A stretch of DNA of 62,067 nt, counting the filler, from Thermodesulfobacteriota bacterium (GTDB lineage Bacteria > DASVDK01): assembly GCA_036381125.1 (NCBI GenBank). It is 5 parts of 5 records of this genome, joined end to end, with 100 filler letters (N's around TTAATTAATTAA, not from the genome) between each part and the next. Parts side by side here need not be neighbours in the genome. Positions count along the whole stretch, not along the records: positions 1 to 25,451 come from DASVDK010000053.1; 4 more parts are not named here. One strand, 5' to 3'. Position 1 is the stretch's first letter, and every line of letters begins with the position of its first letter. The notes below the pieces were generated by a model, which searched no databases, was not told where the DNA came from, and saw only the letters and a program-made list of their open reading frames with translations. A program made the position numbers and the translations under genes. Of the stretch, positions 1 through 9,897 are shown piece by piece.

Positions 1-480
1 CGCCTCGACGTCCGCGGCCGCGAGCGCCGGCCCCCGGAGGAGGCTCGCAGAGCCCGGGCGGACGCGCCGGCAGAGGAGCCGGCCGCCCGGTCCCCGCACC
101 TCGCCGCCCGGCGCGCCGAACGGGTCGCCCGCCACGCCGACGTCGACGACGACCACGTCCGCGCCGACCGCCCGCGCCAGGGCGTTGACGGCCGCGCCGC
201 CCTTGATGAAGTTCCTGATCATCTCCCGCGTGACGACCTGCGGGTAGGCGCTGACCCCGTCGGCGGCCACGCCGTGGTCGGCGGCGAAGACGAAGACCGC
301 GGCAGGCGCGGCGACCGGCCGGTCGGTCCCCTGGAGGGCGGCGACGCGGGCGGCGAGGCCCTCGAGTCGCCCGAGGCTCCCCTTCGGCTTGGTGAGACGA
401 TCGAGCCGGGCGCGTGCCGGCGCCTCGGCGTCTGGCGGCAGCGGGCGCACCGCCCCGGCGGCCGCCCGCCAGCCCGGCAT
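1..480 (-). CDS. cobT: Nicotinate-nucleotide--dimethylbenzimidazole phosphoribosyltransferase (3' end outside window)
   Basis: Not in the ORF track. Manual translation gives MPGW...RLDRLTKPKGSLGRLE...VFVFAADHGVAADGVSAYPQVVTREMIRNFIKGGAAVNALA, the CobT signature. Start overlaps the upstream stop (TGATG). Confidence 0.93.
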   Translation of the reverse strand, partial: MPGWRAAAGAVRPLPPDAEAPARARLDRLTKPKGSLGRLEGLAARVAALQGTDRPVAAPAAVFVFAADHGVAADGVSAYPQVVTREMIRNFIKGGAAVNALARAVGADVVVVDVGVAGDPFGAPGGEVRGPGGRLLCRRVRPGSASLLRGPALAAADVEA

Positions 481-2720
481 CACGCGATCCACATCTCGCG
501 CTCGAAGTCCTCGGTCGGGACCGTCAGCTCGAGCGCCCCATGGGCAGGCCACTGCTCCACGGTGTCCGTGCCGCGCCGGACGGCGAGACGGAAGCGCAGC
601 TCCGCGCCCGGCTCCACGCCGAGGTCCCGGAACGGCACGGCCAGCTCGAGGATGTCCCTCGCCGCCACGGCCGGGACGGGGAGCGTGCGGCCGGACGCCC
701 GGCGCAGGACCGCCGTCGGACGCGCCGCCTGGTCGAGGTGCACGTCGACCTCCATGACCTCGGGCTGAGTGACGAGCAGGGCGAAGCCGACCGCCGCCTG
801 AGGCGCCGCCCCGTCGACGAGGCTCTGCAGGGAGACGGCGGGGTCCACGCGCAGGTAGAGCGACTCGAGGTCGAAGCCGTAGCGGAACTCGTGTACGACG
901 CCGGCCGCCTGGTGCATGGCGCCGCCGGCCTTGCCCGGCTCGAAGCGGCCCGAGCCGTACCACTCGTAGTAGTCGGTGACCGCGCCGTCGATCGTCGGCG
1001 TGACGAAGGCGCGCGGCCGTTCCTCCGGCGCGTGGACCCGGAATCGCCCCTTGATCGGGATCGCGAGGTCGCTCGGCGCCGGCCGGCCGATCAGCCGGTA
1101 GAGGCGCAGCAGGCGGTGCCGGAAGAGGGTGTCGAACGCCATCTCGTCCGCGGAGTGGTGCTCGTCACCGTACCACCAGGTCCAGTCGCTCCCCTCGGCG
1201 GCGTAGAGCGACTCCCAGGCCTCGGCGAGCGCGTCGGGGGTCGGCCGGGTCCCGCCGTCGCCCTCGGCCGCCGCGACGAGCGCCGCGCGCGCCGCGCAGA
1301 CGGCGTCCCACGCGGCGTTGTCCTCCTCGTGGCCGATCCAGACCCGGAAGTTGTGGTTGATCCAGGAGCCGGCGAACAGGTGCGGCAGCTCGGTCGAGGC
1401 CGGGTGCGCCGCGAGGTGCTCGCTCACGGTCACGGCGCGGAGCGTGCGCGACTCCGAGAGCCGCTCGTAGAGCCGCGCGAAGAAGGCGCGCCCGTCGTCC
1501 GGGTAATGCTCCCAGGCGTTCTCCCCGTCGAGGATGATGGAGACCAGCGCGTGGCCGTCGCGGTTGGCCTCCCCCAGCGCCGCGGCGATCCCCTCGAGGC
1601 GCGCGACCAGGTCGTCCGCGGCGGTCGCCGGCTCCCAGCGGCTGTAGACGAAGCCGAGGAGGTCGGAGAGGACGTGGTCGCGAAAGACGATCGACAGGTC
1701 GACGCCGCCCGCCCGCCTCAGCCGATACGGCTTGTAGAGCGCGGCCGACCGCGCGCGGGCCCCCTCCCCTGCCGGCGCGAAGTGGACCCCGAGCGACCGT
1801 GCCAGGACCTCCTCGTCCGATGCGAGCCAGCGGAAGCCGGCCCGCGCCGCGAGCGGCAGGATCGCCTCGCTCACCGAGCCTTCCGACGGCCAGAGGCCGA
1901 CGACGGGCCGCCCCATCCGCTCCCGCATGAAGGCGGCGGCCTTCTCGAGCTGCGCGGCGGCGTCCTCCGGGTGGGCGAAGCGGCGCATCGGCAACCGGAT
2001 GTCGGGCAGGGCCTCCCGCGCGGCGTTCGTGTCGCAGAGCAGCGGCAGGATCGGATGGTAGAAGGGCGTGGTCGACACCTCGATCCGCCCCTGGTCGAGG
2101 AGCCGGCGGTGGAGCGGCACGATGTCGGCGAGGATGGCGCGCATCCGCTCGCCGAGGCGGTGCTTGTCGGCCTCGGTGTAGTCGCGCCCCTTCGCCGCGA
2201 GCGCCGCGAGCTCGGGGTCGGCGTCGCGCGTGAAGGGGTCGATCCAGGCGAGGTGGAAGAGCACCTGGAGGTCGCGCAGCTCCTGCTCCGAGAAGGTGGG
2301 TGCGACCGCGGCGAGATCCGAGGCGTCGACGCCTCGCCCCCGCTTCTCGAACAGCTCCCGGTAGCGCGGCATCGGCCGGATCATCGTGTCCGGGTTGGCC
2401 TGGAAGAAGCGCCGCACGAGATCCACTCGCTCCTCGGCGGAGAGCTGCGCGGCGGGCCGCTCGAAGAGCCGCAGCTCCCGGTCGGGGAACTCCCCCCGCG
2501 CGGCGGCCTCGAGCTGGACCACGAGCGACGGCACGAGGTTGAAGGTCTGGTGCACGGCCGGGAACGGCTCGAGCATCGCCGCCATGTCGTGGTAGTCCTT
2601 GAGGCCGTGGAGGCGGGTCCACGGCAGCCGGGCCTCGCCGCGGTCCAGGTCGCGGTAGTCCGGCTGGTGCATGTGCCAGACGAACGCGACGGCCAGCGGC
2701 GGGACCGCCGCGCGGGTCAT
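480..2720 (-). CDS. Glycoside hydrolase family 57 protein (amylopullulanase/alpha-amylase-like) with C-terminal beta-sandwich domain
   Basis: WHMHQP, TTPFYHPILPLL, GLWPSEG (nucleophile Glu), ILDGENAWE (acid/base Asp) and AAEGSDWTWW are GH57 conserved regions. Confidence 0.93.
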   Translation of the reverse strand: MTRAAVPPLAVAFVWHMHQPDYRDLDRGEARLPWTRLHGLKDYHDMAAMLEPFPAVHQTFNLVPSLVVQLEAAARGEFPDRELRLFERPAAQLSAEERVDLVRRFFQANPDTMIRPMPRYRELFEKRGRGVDASDLAAVAPTFSEQELRDLQVLFHLAWIDPFTRDADPELAALAAKGRDYTEADKHRLGERMRAILADIVPLHRRLLDQGRIEVSTTPFYHPILPLLCDTNAAREALPDIRLPMRRFAHPEDAAAQLEKAAAFMRERMGRPVVGLWPSEGSVSEAILPLAARAGFRWLASDEEVLARSLGVHFAPAGEGARARSAALYKPYRLRRAGGVDLSIVFRDHVLSDLLGFVYSRWEPATAADDLVARLEGIAAALGEANRDGHALVSIILDGENAWEHYPDDGRAFFARLYERLSESRTLRAVTVSEHLAAHPASTELPHLFAGSWINHNFRVWIGHEEDNAAWDAVCAARAALVAAAEGDGGTRPTPDALAEAWESLYAAEGSDWTWWYGDEHHSADEMAFDTLFRHRLLRLYRLIGRPAPSDLAIPIKGRFRVHAPEERPRAFVTPTIDGAVTDYYEWYGSGRFEPGKAGGAMHQAAGVVHEFRYGFDLESLYLRVDPAVSLQSLVDGAAPQAAVGFALLVTQPEVMEVDVHLDQAARPTAVLRRASGRTLPVPAVAARDILELAVPFRDLGVEPGAELRFRLAVRRGTDTVEQWPAHGALELTVPTEDFEREMWIA

Positions 2721-3454
2721 CGTGCCGGCGGCGACGCGGCGGGGGCGGGAGCGCCGCCGAGGGCGGCGAGCCGCTCCCCGGCGAGCTGGACGGTGCGGCT
2801 GCCCGCGGCCGAGCCGTTGCCGCCGAGGGCGGCGGTCCCGTCGGCGTACGCCTTGCGGGCGGCCTCCTTCTGGCCGAGCGCCTCGTAGGCCCGGCCGAGG
2901 TCGAGGAGCGCGACCCCGCGCAGCGGCCCGTCCCCCTCGACGAGCGGCGTCCAGGCCTCGACCGCGCCGGCCGCGTTGCCCGCGGCGAGGCGCGCGTGGC
3001 CGAGCCCCAGCCGCGCGGCCGCCTCGGCGAGCTCGTTGGGGGCGACCGCCATGGCGGCCTGGTAGGCCGCCTCGGCCCCCCTGGCGTCGCCGGACCTGAG
3101 GAGCGCGTGGCCCACGTAGAGCGACGCCATCGCCCCCGCGTCGGTCCCGGAGAAGCGCGCCGCCGCCTCGCGCAGGGCGGGAAGCGCCGCCCGCGCCGAC
3201 TCGGGCGTCGGGCCGCCGGCCGCGGGGTCGCTCCCCTGGTACTGCGCGATCGCCGCGGCGACCGCGGCGGCGGCCCGGGCCTCCCGATCGGCGGCGCGGT
3301 CGCGCCACCAGGCGCCGCCCCCGACGAGCGCCGCGACGAGCACCACCACGCCGAGGGCAAGCGGCCAGCGCTCGGCCAGGGCCCGACCGACGTGCCGCAC
3401 CTCGCGCTGGAACGCGTCGGGCCTCCTGAGGGACTTGCGATCGATGCGGCTCAC
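2717..3454 (-). CDS. Membrane-anchored TPR protein (YfgM-like)
   Basis: N-terminal RKSLRRPDAFQ, one TM helix and TPR-like helices; GTG start overlaps the upstream TGA. Confidence 0.75.
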   Translation of the reverse strand: MSRIDRKSLRRPDAFQREVRHVGRALAERWPLALGVVVLVAALVGGGAWWRDRAADREARAAAAVAAAIAQYQGSDPAAGGPTPESARAALPALREAAARFSGTDAGAMASLYVGHALLRSGDARGAEAAYQAAMAVAPNELAEAAARLGLGHARLAAGNAAGAVEAWTPLVEGDGPLRGVALLDLGRAYEALGQKEAARKAYADGTAALGGNGSAAGSRTVQLAGERLAALGGAPAPAASPPAR

Positions 3455-3957
3455 GGGCGGCTGCCTCCGAGGTCCTCGAGGGTGAGGTTGTCGAGGATGT
3501 CGGCCCACTTGCGCGCCTCGGCGCTGCGGTCGGCCGGCTCGGCGCTCCGCTTGGCGACGTCGGCCCGTCGGCTCTTCTCGAGCACCCGGTCGTCCACGTA
3601 GATCGGCGCGTTCGTCCTGAGCGCGATGGCGATGGCGTCCGACGGGCGGCTGTCCACGACGTAGGACCGGCCGTGCGACTGCAGGTGGATCGTCGCGTAG
3701 AAGGTGTTCTCGCGCAGGTCGGTCACCTCGACCCGGTCGACCTGGACGTCGAGCTGCTCGAAGATGTTCTTGACGAGGTCGTGCGTCATGGGGCGCGCGA
3801 GCGTGATCTTCTCGAGCTCCGTGGCGATCGACGACGCCTCGAGGAGCCCGATCCAGATGGGGAGCGCGTTGCGGTCCTCGGCGTCCTTGAGGATGATGAT
3901 CGGGACGCTCGTGAAGGGGTCGATCGTCAGCCCCGAGACCTTCATGATCCGCAGCAT
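3451..3957 (-). CDS. Bifunctional nuclease family protein (DUF151)
   Basis: LPIWIGLLEA, RPMTHDL, DSRPSDAIAIALR motifs. Confidence 0.93.
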   Translation of the reverse strand: MLRIMKVSGLTIDPFTSVPIIILKDAEDRNALPIWIGLLEASSIATELEKITLARPMTHDLVKNIFEQLDVQVDRVEVTDLRENTFYATIHLQSHGRSYVVDSRPSDAIAIALRTNAPIYVDDRVLEKSRRADVAKRSAEPADRSAEARKWADILDNLTLEDLGGSRP

Positions 3958-3971
3958 CGTTTCCGCCTCCT

Positions 3972-5390
3972 TCAGGCGACGAACGCCTGGGTCGCGGGGC
4001 CCGCGCAGGCCGACACGCCGTCGCCGGTGCCGGCCGGCAGGCCGCGGAGCGAGTGCGGGAGCGCTTCGGTGATGTGCACCGGGACGAGCCGGCCCACGAG
4101 GGCGGGGTCGCCCGGGAAGTTTACGACGAGGTTCGTCCGGGTGCGTCCGGCGAGCCCGTCTCCCTTCCGGGCCCGGCCCTCGACGAGCACCTCGAGCGTC
4201 CGCCCCACCTGCCGCGCGCGGAACGCGTCGGCCAGCCGGCCCTGCAGCGCAAGGGCGCGCGCGAGGCGCGCCTCCTTGACCGGCTCCGGCACCTGGTCCG
4301 GCAGCCGGGCGGCCGCCGTCCGGGGCCGCGGCGAGTACTTGAAGACGAAGGCGTCGGCGAAGCCGACCTCCTCCATGAGGGCGAGCGTCGCCTCGAAGTC
4401 CGCCTCGGTCTCCCCGGGGAACCCGACGATCACGTCGGTGGTCAGGGCCAGCTCCGGGACGCGCGCCTTGAGGCGGCGCACGACGTCGAGGTAGCGGTCG
4501 AGCGTGTACTCGCGGCGCATCGCCTCGAGGACCCGCGCCGAGCCGGACTGCACCGGCAGGTGGAGGTGCTCGCAGAGCGTCCTGAGCCGCCCGTAGGCCT
4601 CGATGAGGCCGTCGGAGAGATCCACCGGGTGGGACGTGGTGAAGCGCACCCGCTCGAGCCCGTCGACGCGGTCGAGGCGCTCGAGGAGCCCGACGAAGGT
4701 CTCGCCGCACCCGCGCTTGCGGCCGTAGGAGTTCACGTTCTGGCCGAGGAGGGTGACCTCCTTGATGCCGCGCGCCGCGAGCCCCTCGACCTCCTGCACG
4801 ATGTCCCACGCCGGCCGGCTCCGCTCGCGACCCCGCACGTAGGGCACGATGCAGAAGCTGCAGAAGTGGTCGCAGCCCCGCATGATCGTGACGAAGGCCT
4901 TGACCCGACCCGTCCCCTCCCCGCTCCGGGGCACGAGGTGGTCGATGTAGGCCTGCGTGTCGGGCTCGGCCGGATAGGTGGGCCGGAAGCGCGTCGAGAC
5001 CGCCCGCTCGGCGCGGCCCTCCGCGGGGCGGACGCGGGCGAGGAGCGAGGGGAGCGCGTCGATGGCGTCGGTGCCGAGGACGAGGTCGAGGTGCGGCACG
5101 CGCGCGAGCAGCGCCGCCCCCTGCTGCTGCGCCACGCAGCCGCCGACGCCGACCACGACCGAGGGGTTCCGCCGCTTCAGCTCGCCGAAGGTGCCGAGGA
5201 TCGAGTAGACCTTCTGCTCGGAGCGGTCGCGCACCGTGCAGGTGTTGAGGAAGACGAGGTCGGCCTCCTCCTGGCGCTCGGTCGGGGTGTAGCCGAGGGC
5301 CACCAGCTTCGCGAGGATGCGCTCGGTGTCGTGCTCGTTCATCTGGCAGCCCATCGTCTGCACGAACACGCGCTTCTGGCCGTCCGGCAT
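3972..5390 (-). CDS. miaB: tRNA methylthiotransferase MiaB
   Basis: TMGCQMNEHD, NTCTVR, GCVAQQ, radical-SAM CDHFCSFC, LLGQNVNSY and a C-terminal TRAM domain. Confidence 0.96.
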   Translation of the reverse strand: MPDGQKRVFVQTMGCQMNEHDTERILAKLVALGYTPTERQEEADLVFLNTCTVRDRSEQKVYSILGTFGELKRRNPSVVVGVGGCVAQQQGAALLARVPHLDLVLGTDAIDALPSLLARVRPAEGRAERAVSTRFRPTYPAEPDTQAYIDHLVPRSGEGTGRVKAFVTIMRGCDHFCSFCIVPYVRGRERSRPAWDIVQEVEGLAARGIKEVTLLGQNVNSYGRKRGCGETFVGLLERLDRVDGLERVRFTTSHPVDLSDGLIEAYGRLRTLCEHLHLPVQSGSARVLEAMRREYTLDRYLDVVRRLKARVPELALTTDVIVGFPGETEADFEATLALMEEVGFADAFVFKYSPRPRTAAARLPDQVPEPVKEARLARALALQGRLADAFRARQVGRTLEVLVEGRARKGDGLAGRTRTNLVVNFPGDPALVGRLVPVHITEALPHSLRGLPAGTGDGVSACAGPATQAFVA

Positions 5391-5397
5391 GGGGGTG

Positions 5398-5426
5398 AGG
5401 GTAGGCAACGGCGCGCCGGAAGTCAA
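5398..5426 (-). promoter_or_regulatory. Sigma70-type promoter of miaB operon, probably leaderless
   Basis: Minus strand TTGACT-17 nt-TACCCT-7 nt-ATG with no Shine-Dalgarno. Confidence 0.6.
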
Positions 5427-5440
5427 GGAACGGCCGGGGG

Positions 5441-6451
5441 TTACTGGCCCATCCCCCAGTCGACGATCCGCTGGATCAGCACGTCGTAGGCCAGCCCCGC
5501 GGCGGCCGCCGCCTGGGCGAAGTCCTCGTCGGCGGCCAGGCTCGGGTTCGGGTTCGCCTCGATCACGACCACCTCGTGGTCGCGCGTGAGCCGCAGGTCG
5601 ATGCGGACGTAGCCCCGGGCCTGGAGCACCTGGGCGGTCCGCCGGCAGACGTCGGCGATCTGGCGCGCGACCCGCTCGGGCAGCTCTCCCGCCGGCCCGT
5701 TGCGGATGCCCCAGCGCTTCCGGTACTCCGCGTCCCACTTGGCCTTGTAGGTGGCGAAGGCCGGCGTCCCCTCGGGGACGTTGTCGAAGAAGAGCTCCCG
5801 CGGCGGGAAGACCGCGAGCCGCTTCAACCCGGCCACGCCCACGTAGAACTCGCGGCCGTCGACGAACTCCTCGATGAGGGCGTCCTCCTGCTGCCGCTCG
5901 TGGATGAAGCGGACCCGCTCGAGGCAGTCCTCCTCGTTCGACACCAGCGACTTCTGCGAGATCCCGGCCGAGCTCTCCTGCCCCACCGGCTTGACGAACG
6001 CCGGGTAGCCGAAGCGGCCGAGCGCCTTGAGGGGGTGGGCGCGATGGGAGACGACGAAGCGCGGCACGCGGATCTTGTGGTACGCGAGGATCTTCTTCGC
6101 GACCCCCTTGTTCTTGCAGAGCGCGAGCGCGCCCGAGGCGACGCCGGTATAGCGGACGCCGAGCATCTCGAGGAGCCCCGCGAAGGCCGGCTCGTGCGCC
6201 CGGTCGCCGTTCACCGCCTCGACCAGGTTGAACACGATGTCGGGCGCCTCCGCCCGTATCCGCTCGGCCACCTTGAGGACGTCGCGGTGCACGCCGGCGA
6301 TCACGACCGCGTGGCCGAGACGTTCGAGCGCCGAGACGACGTCGCGCGTCGTCTCCCAGTCCGGCTCCTCGAAGTGCTGGCGGTAGTCGTAGTCGGCCGC
6401 CGGCTCGAAGTTCGTGTCGATGGCGACGAGGACTTTCAGCTTGCGCTTCAT
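5441..6451 (-). CDS. D-Ala-D-Ala ligase-like ATP-grasp enzyme
   Basis: FVKPVGQESSAGIS, IEEFVDGREF, YVRIDLRL, IEANPNP; N-terminus differs from canonical Ddl. Confidence 0.85.
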   Translation of the reverse strand: MKRKLKVLVAIDTNFEPAADYDYRQHFEEPDWETTRDVVSALERLGHAVVIAGVHRDVLKVAERIRAEAPDIVFNLVEAVNGDRAHEPAFAGLLEMLGVRYTGVASGALALCKNKGVAKKILAYHKIRVPRFVVSHRAHPLKALGRFGYPAFVKPVGQESSAGISQKSLVSNEEDCLERVRFIHERQQEDALIEEFVDGREFYVGVAGLKRLAVFPPRELFFDNVPEGTPAFATYKAKWDAEYRKRWGIRNGPAGELPERVARQIADVCRRTAQVLQARGYVRIDLRLTRDHEVVVIEANPNPSLAADEDFAQAAAAAGLAYDVLIQRIVDWGMGQ

Positions 6452-6481
6452 CGGAGCGTGGGCGTCATGCGAGCACGGGCC

Positions 6482-7525
6482 TCATACGATCCTCTTGAAC
6501 TTACCGGTGAGGAGGTAGTTCGTCACGAGCGTGGACAGGAAGGCGGCCAGCTCGAAGCCGGTCTGGGCCTCGTCCTTGCCCACGTAGAGCTTGAGCGTCG
6601 TGCAGCGCGCGGCGAGCTTGGTGATGAGGTTGTCCACCGTGTACTTCCGCTCGCCGGTGAACCGCGCGACGGCGTCGATGATGGCACGCCGGCGCCGGCG
6701 CAGGAACTTCGACGCCGGCTCCGCGCCGGGCGTGAGGGGCGCCGGCGCGAAGATGCGCGTCAGGTCGGCGTCGTACACGTCGGGCGCGTCCTGGCCGTAG
6801 AGGCGGCGGCGGCGCTTGTAGTAGTGCTCGAGCGTCATCCGCAGCGTCGAGGCGCGGCTCGTGAGGGGGCCGCGGGCCACGCGCGGCGGCTTGCCGACGA
6901 CCTCCGTGCGCACGATCTCGTCCACGTACTCGAGCTTGGCCAGCGCCTTCCAGCCGGCGTACTTCCGCCGCCAGTCGATGTGCGGCGAGAGCCAGACGGC
7001 GAAGGTCTCCGCGAAGTCCTCGTCCGGGTGCGCCTGCGCGTAGAAGTTGTCGATGTGGCGCACGAAGCTGCGGCTGTAGGGTCGCGGGCGGTAGTTGTCG
7101 GGATCGTAGACCTCGGCCGAGCCGAAGAGGGCCGCCCGCCGCGGATCGGCCGCGAGCCGATAGGCGTGGTCGATGGCGTGCCCGGCCTCGTGCCTGAGCA
7201 GCGTCATGCAGCTCGCGGGGTCGCCGCCTTCGACCTCGAGCATCATCCGCGCCTCGAGCTGCGTGAGCCGCGGGTGGGCCAGGTAGAACGGGATGGCGAT
7301 GGCCGGCACGCCGTCGGGCGAGAACCACTCGTCGCCCAGGTAGACGATCGGGCGGAAGCCGATCCCCCTGGCCGCAAGCTCGGCGAAGAGGTCCGCCACG
7401 CGCCCCTCGAGGGGGCTCCCCTCGACGGCGAGCGGGAGCTGGCAGATGCGCAGCGCCAGCAGCTCCTCGTCCCGAAGCTGGTGCCAGTCGGCCGGCGCCG
7501 GCTGGCAGGGCGTGCCGCGCGTCAT
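6482..7525 (-). CDS. Putative zinc-binding metallopeptidase (zincin-like)
   Basis: HEAGH (HExxH) followed by YAQAHPDEDFAETFAVW. Confidence 0.85.
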   Translation of the reverse strand: MTRGTPCQPAPADWHQLRDEELLALRICQLPLAVEGSPLEGRVADLFAELAARGIGFRPIVYLGDEWFSPDGVPAIAIPFYLAHPRLTQLEARMMLEVEGGDPASCMTLLRHEAGHAIDHAYRLAADPRRAALFGSAEVYDPDNYRPRPYSRSFVRHIDNFYAQAHPDEDFAETFAVWLSPHIDWRRKYAGWKALAKLEYVDEIVRTEVVGKPPRVARGPLTSRASTLRMTLEHYYKRRRRLYGQDAPDVYDADLTRIFAPAPLTPGAEPASKFLRRRRRAIIDAVARFTGERKYTVDNLITKLAARCTTLKLYVGKDEAQTGFELAAFLSTLVTNYLLTGKFKRIV

Positions 7526-7604
7526 GGCCGCCTTCTATACACGCTGGAGCGACCCGCCGCAAGCGGCTCGTGCTAGCCTGGCGGCGCGACCTCGCGGCGG
7601 GCGG

Positions 7605-7796
7605 TCAGCCGGTGATCTGCTCCGCCGGGTCCGGCATGACCTCCCGCAGCGCCCGCTCGGCGTCCGAGGGGCCGGCCGGGGGCCGGGATACCGCCTCCCT
7701 GCGGCGGCGCGGCCGCCCCGCGAGCAGGCTCATCCCGACCAGCCCCAGGCCGAGGCAGACCAGGGCGATCGACGTTCTCGAGGAGACGATGGACAT
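7605..7796 (-). CDS. Small hypothetical membrane protein (63 aa)
   Basis: One hydrophobic helix followed by a basic patch (RPRRRR); G-rich putative RBS. Confidence 0.4.
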   Translation of the reverse strand: MSIVSSRTSIALVCLGLGLVGMSLLAGRPRRRREAVSRPPAGPSDAERALREVMPDPAEQITG

Positions 7797-7847
7797 GGCG
7801 TGCCCCCCATGCAACGCCTGCACCGGCCGGCCGCGGCGGAGCGACGC

Positions 7848-8552
7848 GTGAAGGCCGCGGCAGCCTACCTCGTGCACCTCTACACCGCGTCCGGCGCCGT
7901 CCTCGCCCTCTTTGCCCTCGACGCCGGCCTCCGTCAGCGGCCGCGCGCGGCTTTCCTCCTCCTCACCATTGCGGTCTTCGTCGACGCCTCGGACGGGACG
8001 CTCGCCAGGGCGGCGCGCGTCAAGGAGCGGGCGAGGCTCTTCGACGGCGCGCGCATGGACGACATCGTCGACTACCTGACGTTCGTCTTCGTCCCGATGG
8101 TCCTCGCGTACGCCTGGGGTCTCCTGCCGGCCGAGGGCGGCCTCCTGGTGACCGCCTGTCCCCTCCTCGCGTCGGCCATGGGCTTCGCCCGCGTCGACGC
8201 CAAGACGGCGGACCACTTCTTCACCGGGTTCCCGTCGTACTGGAACGTCGTCGTGCTCTACGCGTACCTCTGGGGATGGCCGCCATGGGTCAACGCCGCG
8301 CTGCTGCTCGTGCTGTCGGCCCTGGTGTTCGTCCCGGTCCGGTACGTCTACCCGAGCCGCATGCCGGTCCTCCGGCGGCTCACCAACGGGCTCGGCGTCC
8401 TCTGGGGCGTGGCGCTCCTGGAGCTGATCCGGCAGATCCCGGAGCCGAGCCGCTGGCTCCTCTGGGCCTCGGCCGCCTATCCGGCGTACTACGTGGCGCT
8501 CTCGCTCTACCTGACCGGCCGCTGGTCGTCCCGAGGCCAGCCGCCGGCCTGA
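7848..8552 (+). CDS. pcs: Phosphatidylcholine synthase-like CDP-alcohol phosphatidyltransferase
   Basis: VHLYTASG, DASDGTLAR..RVKE..FDGARMDDIVDYLTFVFVP, FTGFPSYWNVV. Alternative ATG start at 7809. Confidence 0.85.
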   Translation: MKAAAAYLVHLYTASGAVLALFALDAGLRQRPRAAFLLLTIAVFVDASDGTLARAARVKERARLFDGARMDDIVDYLTFVFVPMVLAYAWGLLPAEGGLLVTACPLLASAMGFARVDAKTADHFFTGFPSYWNVVVLYAYLWGWPPWVNAALLLVLSALVFVPVRYVYPSRMPVLRRLTNGLGVLWGVALLELIRQIPEPSRWLLWASAAYPAYYVALSLYLTGRWSSRGQPPA

Positions 8553-8637
8553 TCATCCGCGCTCCACGCGGGACGACGTCGGGGCCCGCCGTCGATCGGA
8601 CGGGGTGTGCGCGGGGGTCGACCGACCCCCGCGTCGG

Positions 8638-9897
8638 CTAGTGGTGCCCGCCCTGCCCCTTGAGGTCGAGGTAGTCCCGCTGGGAGACCATGGGGTAGCG
8701 GCTGGCGAACCAGAAGACGCTCAGCAGGAAGAGCCCGAGGAAGCCGAGCGTCACGCCGATCTCGGTGAGGCCGAAGACGAAGGGCGCGAACTGCACCTGG
8801 GCGGCCGCTCCCGCGGCCGCGGCGCTCGACGTGGCGGCGCTTGCCGCGTGCGCCGCGCCGGCCTCGCCGCCGGCGGCGTGCTTGAGGACCGACGGGTAGA
8901 CGCCGAAGAACCGCTCGAGCCACAGGCCCGTCAGCACCAGGACGGCGAAGATCGAGAGCGTCACCGGGTTCTTCTTCGTCGCGCGGGTGAGGAGCCCGCA
9001 GAACGGGATGAACCAGACGAGGAACGCGGTCGCGACCGTGACCGGCCGCCAGGGGCCGGTGACCCGCTCGTAGAGCCAGGAGGTCTCCTCCGGCAGGTTC
9101 CCGTACCAGATGACGAGGAGCTGGGCGAAGTTGATGTACGCCCAGAAGATGCTGAAGGCGAAGAGGAGCTTGCCGAGGTCGTGCCAGGTGGGCCACGAGA
9201 CGTGGGACCGCACGCCGAAGCGAACCCCGACGGCCGCCGTGAGGAGGATCGTCCAGGCGATCGCGTTGAGGAGCGGCCCCCAGAACACGATCACCGGGAA
9301 CATGGTGCTGTACCAGTGCGGGTCGAGGGACATGAGGAGGTCCCACGCGAGGATCGACATGCCGATCGCGTACGCGAGGCAGAAGACGACCGACAGGCGC
9401 GAGAGCCGGTCGCGGCGGCGCTCGAGGTCGGCGGCGCTCGGATGCGCCCCCGGCAGGTCGGGCGCGAGGACGGTGCGCATGTAGGCCCAGGAGAGGCCGA
9501 CCAGGACGACCGCGACGACGATGTCGCGCACCCGCATGAACGGTAGGTTCAGCCAGGCCGCCTTGAGCGGGATCGGGTGCTCGATCCACGGGTAGAGGTG
9601 ATGCACCCCGAAGGCGAGCAGGAGCACGAGCAGGACGAACCCGATCGGCTGGAAGGCGCTGAACGCCTCGTGCACCCGCAGCACCGGCCCGCCCCACCGC
9701 GCGCCGACGATCCGCTGCATGGCGGAGACGACGATCCCGCCGAGCGAGAGCCCGAAGAAGTAGACGAGGTTCACCAGGTAGGCCGACCAGGCTCGCTCGG
9801 GGTTCGCGCTCGCCGCGCCGGCGACGAAGACCACGACGCCCACGGCGACGAACGCGGCGAAGAGGTAGAGGGCCGGCTTCGGCAGACGGGCCGTCAT
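8638..9897 (-). CDS. actF: Alternative complex III subunit F (polytopic membrane)
   Basis: WDLLMSLDPHWYSTMF, HDLGKLLFAFSIFWAY..F.Q.LVIWYGNLPEE; last gene of the act operon. Confidence 0.9.
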   Translation of the reverse strand: MTARLPKPALYLFAAFVAVGVVVFVAGAASANPERAWSAYLVNLVYFFGLSLGGIVVSAMQRIVGARWGGPVLRVHEAFSAFQPIGFVLLVLLLAFGVHHLYPWIEHPIPLKAAWLNLPFMRVRDIVVAVVLVGLSWAYMRTVLAPDLPGAHPSAADLERRRDRLSRLSVVFCLAYAIGMSILAWDLLMSLDPHWYSTMFPVIVFWGPLLNAIAWTILLTAAVGVRFGVRSHVSWPTWHDLGKLLFAFSIFWAYINFAQLLVIWYGNLPEETSWLYERVTGPWRPVTVATAFLVWFIPFCGLLTRATKKNPVTLSIFAVLVLTGLWLERFFGVYPSVLKHAAGGEAGAAHAASAATSSAAAAGAAAQVQFAPFVFGLTEIGVTLGFLGLFLLSVFWFASRYPMVSQRDYLDLKGQGGHH

